The notes under the pieces: model-generated
The model's database searches: none
Told to the model about the DNA's origin: nothing
What the model saw: only the letters and a program-made list of their open reading frames with translations
Made by a program: the position numbers and the translations under genes
Origin: Acidimicrobiales bacterium
Lineage (GTDB): Bacteria; Actinomycetota; Acidimicrobiia; Acidimicrobiales; JAUJNH01
DNA: 64,000 bases
NCBI GenBank assembly: GCA_030448245.1
Contig: JAUJNH010000003.1
Location: forward strand, 43,750-107,749
Reading direction: 5' to 3'
In this document: piece by piece, positions 62,869 through 64,000 of the stretch
Layout: each line of letters starts with the position of its first letter
Position numbering within the stretch: the stretch's first letter is position 1

Positions 62869-63492
62869 TCAGCGGTCGGTGCGGCGCAGGACCCGGAGGC
62901 TGCCGGTGGCGGCCACGTCGTGCCAGGCGCCGGAGGCCAGGCAGCGGCGGTAGAGCTCGAACGGGGGGCGCCCCCCGTCGGTCGGGTCGGGGAAGACGTC
63001 GTGGATGGCCAGCAGGCCGCCGTGGCGCACGTGGCGGAGCCACGCCGCCTCGTCGGCCCGCACCACGTCGTCGCCGTGGCCGCCGTCGACGAAGAGGAAG
63101 CCGAGGGGGGTGGCCCAGGCGCGGCCGATGGTGGCCGACGGGCCGACCACCGGCACCACGACGTCCTCGAGCCCGGCCGCCGCCAGGGTGCGGCGCAGGA
63201 ACGGGAGCGTGTCCATCCGCCCGCTGGCCAGGTCGACGACCTCGGGGTCGTGCCACTCCCAGCCCGGCTGGTTCTCCTCGCTGCCCCGGTGGTGGTCGAC
63301 GGCGAACAGCACCGTGCCCCGCGTTCGGGCCGCGGCGCCCAGCCACACGGCCGAGCGACCGCAGTACGAGCCGACCTCGAGGAACGGACCGTCGGCGGCC
63401 AGGGCGGCCGCGTGCAGGGCCTCGGCCTCGTCGTCGGGCAGGAAACCCTTGGTGGCGGCGGCGACGCGGCGCTCGGTGGGGTTCAGGGCCAC
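62869..63492 (-). CDS. class I SAM-dependent methyltransferase (O-methyltransferase family-3-like)
   Basis: From GTG 63492: GPFLEVGSYCGRSAVWLG, LFVDGGHGDD, GGLLAIHDVF; 207 aa. Confidence 0.75.
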   Translation of the reverse strand: MALNPTERRVAAATKGFLPDDEAEALHAAALAADGPFLEVGSYCGRSAVWLGAAARTRGTVLFAVDHHRGSEENQPGWEWHDPEVVDLASGRMDTLPFLRRTLAAAGLEDVVVPVVGPSATIGRAWATPLGFLFVDGGHGDDVVRADEAAWLRHVRHGGLLAIHDVFPDPTDGGRPPFELYRRCLASGAWHDVAATGSLRVLRRTDR

Positions 63493-63497
63493 GGTGG

Positions 63498-63992
63498 TCA
63501 GAAGACCGGGATGTCGTCCTCGTCGTCGCTGCCCACGGCGTGGTGGTCCCGGTGGAAGAGCAGGTGGTTGATGATGAGGAACTTGCCGATCCAGAGCAGG
63601 CCAAAGGCGGCCAGGCTGGAAAGGTTGAGCAGGAAGGCGGTCCGGGCCTTGCCGAGCCCCCGGCCCTCCGCCCACTGCTCGGCCGCGTAGACGCACACCG
63701 TCGAGAACACCAGGCCGACGAACGACATCACCCAGAACGGGACGATCTCCCGCCAGAGGTGGCTGGGCCCGTTCTTCCTCCACGTCCACCGCCGGTTCAG
63801 CTCGTAGCTGGGCACCGTGCCCACGGCCACCGCCACGATGCTCGAGAGCACGCCGTTGTGGGTCAGGAAGAACGTCGTCAGCTGCACGATCTGGCTGACG
63901 ACGATCGAGATCGCGCTGACCATGGAGTACTTGACGAGCTTGCGGAGGCCGGGCTTCTGCAAGAGGCCAGGCAGGCGGGTCGTGGCCTCCAT
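63498..63992 (-). CDS. GtrA-family membrane protein
   Basis: 164 aa. KLVKYSMVSAISIVVSQIVQL, NRRWTWRK and four TM segments, the typical GtrA-like pattern. Confidence 0.8.
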   Translation of the reverse strand: MEATTRLPGLLQKPGLRKLVKYSMVSAISIVVSQIVQLTTFFLTHNGVLSSIVAVAVGTVPSYELNRRWTWRKNGPSHLWREIVPFWVMSFVGLVFSTVCVYAAEQWAEGRGLGKARTAFLLNLSSLAAFGLLWIGKFLIINHLLFHRDHHAVGSDDEDDIPVF

Positions 63993-64000
63993 CGCAGGCC

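Noticed and set aside
1-64000. Scan for tRNA/rRNA genes, CRISPR arrays, integrase or transposase genes, and island-flanking direct repeats
   Set aside because: By eye I found no tRNA-like T-arm or acceptor patterns, no regularly spaced repeats and no recombinase-like ORF. I could not identify matching att-like repeats at about 20.6 and 25.1 kb. This is a visual scan only and would need tRNAscan-type, CRISPR and repeat-finding tools to be conclusive.

Overview
Very high G+C DNA: two 100-nt blocks counted by hand gave 71% and 80%. Gene content suggests an Actinomycetota chromosome (inference): LLM/F420-type and PPOX-type enzymes, a mycothiol-type DinB enzyme, HelD, a FliA/WhiG sigma factor and Lnt.

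Layout:
- 0-15 kb: housekeeping and regulatory genes. These include a secreted coiled-coil M15 peptidase, MarR, rhodanese, pdxH, csrA, an atypical LuxR regulator, FliA/WhiG sigma, FKBP, HelD, hemE and a multiply frame-broken hemY.
- 15-20.6 kb: the first envelope-glycan genes and a 5'-truncated radical-SAM-like relic.
- 20.6-25.1 kb: a decayed accessory island. It holds a pre-toxin Hint cassette with a perfect 16-bp tandem duplication, a SUKH-1-like ORF with an in-frame TGA and a CpaF/VirB11-type ATPase stub. Much of it is strongly C-rich on the + strand.
- 25.1-27.1 kb: NHEJ LigD split into ligase and polymerase genes.
- 27.1-54.1 kb: a very large glycan assembly and export cluster. It contains 6 GT4, 4 GT2, a GT-C-like membrane protein, 6 methyltransferases, an MBOAT+SGNH pair, Wzt and Wzm (10 kb apart on opposite strands), Lnt and a terpene-cyclase-fold protein.
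- 54-64 kb: a KhtT/KhtU-like antiporter pair, a TfoX-like protein, an ECF sigma, a decayed two-component/ABC-efflux module, a methyltransferase and GtrA.

I recognised no rRNA, tRNA, CRISPR array, integrase or transposase.

At least 15 frame breaks interrupt otherwise well-conserved genes. Most sit at short G or C runs, so assembly error and real decay cannot be separated from sequence alone.

Many long ORFs in the track are Arg/Pro/Gly/Ala-rich shadow frames of the genes called here and were not called. All family assignments come from motif recognition by eye, not database searches.
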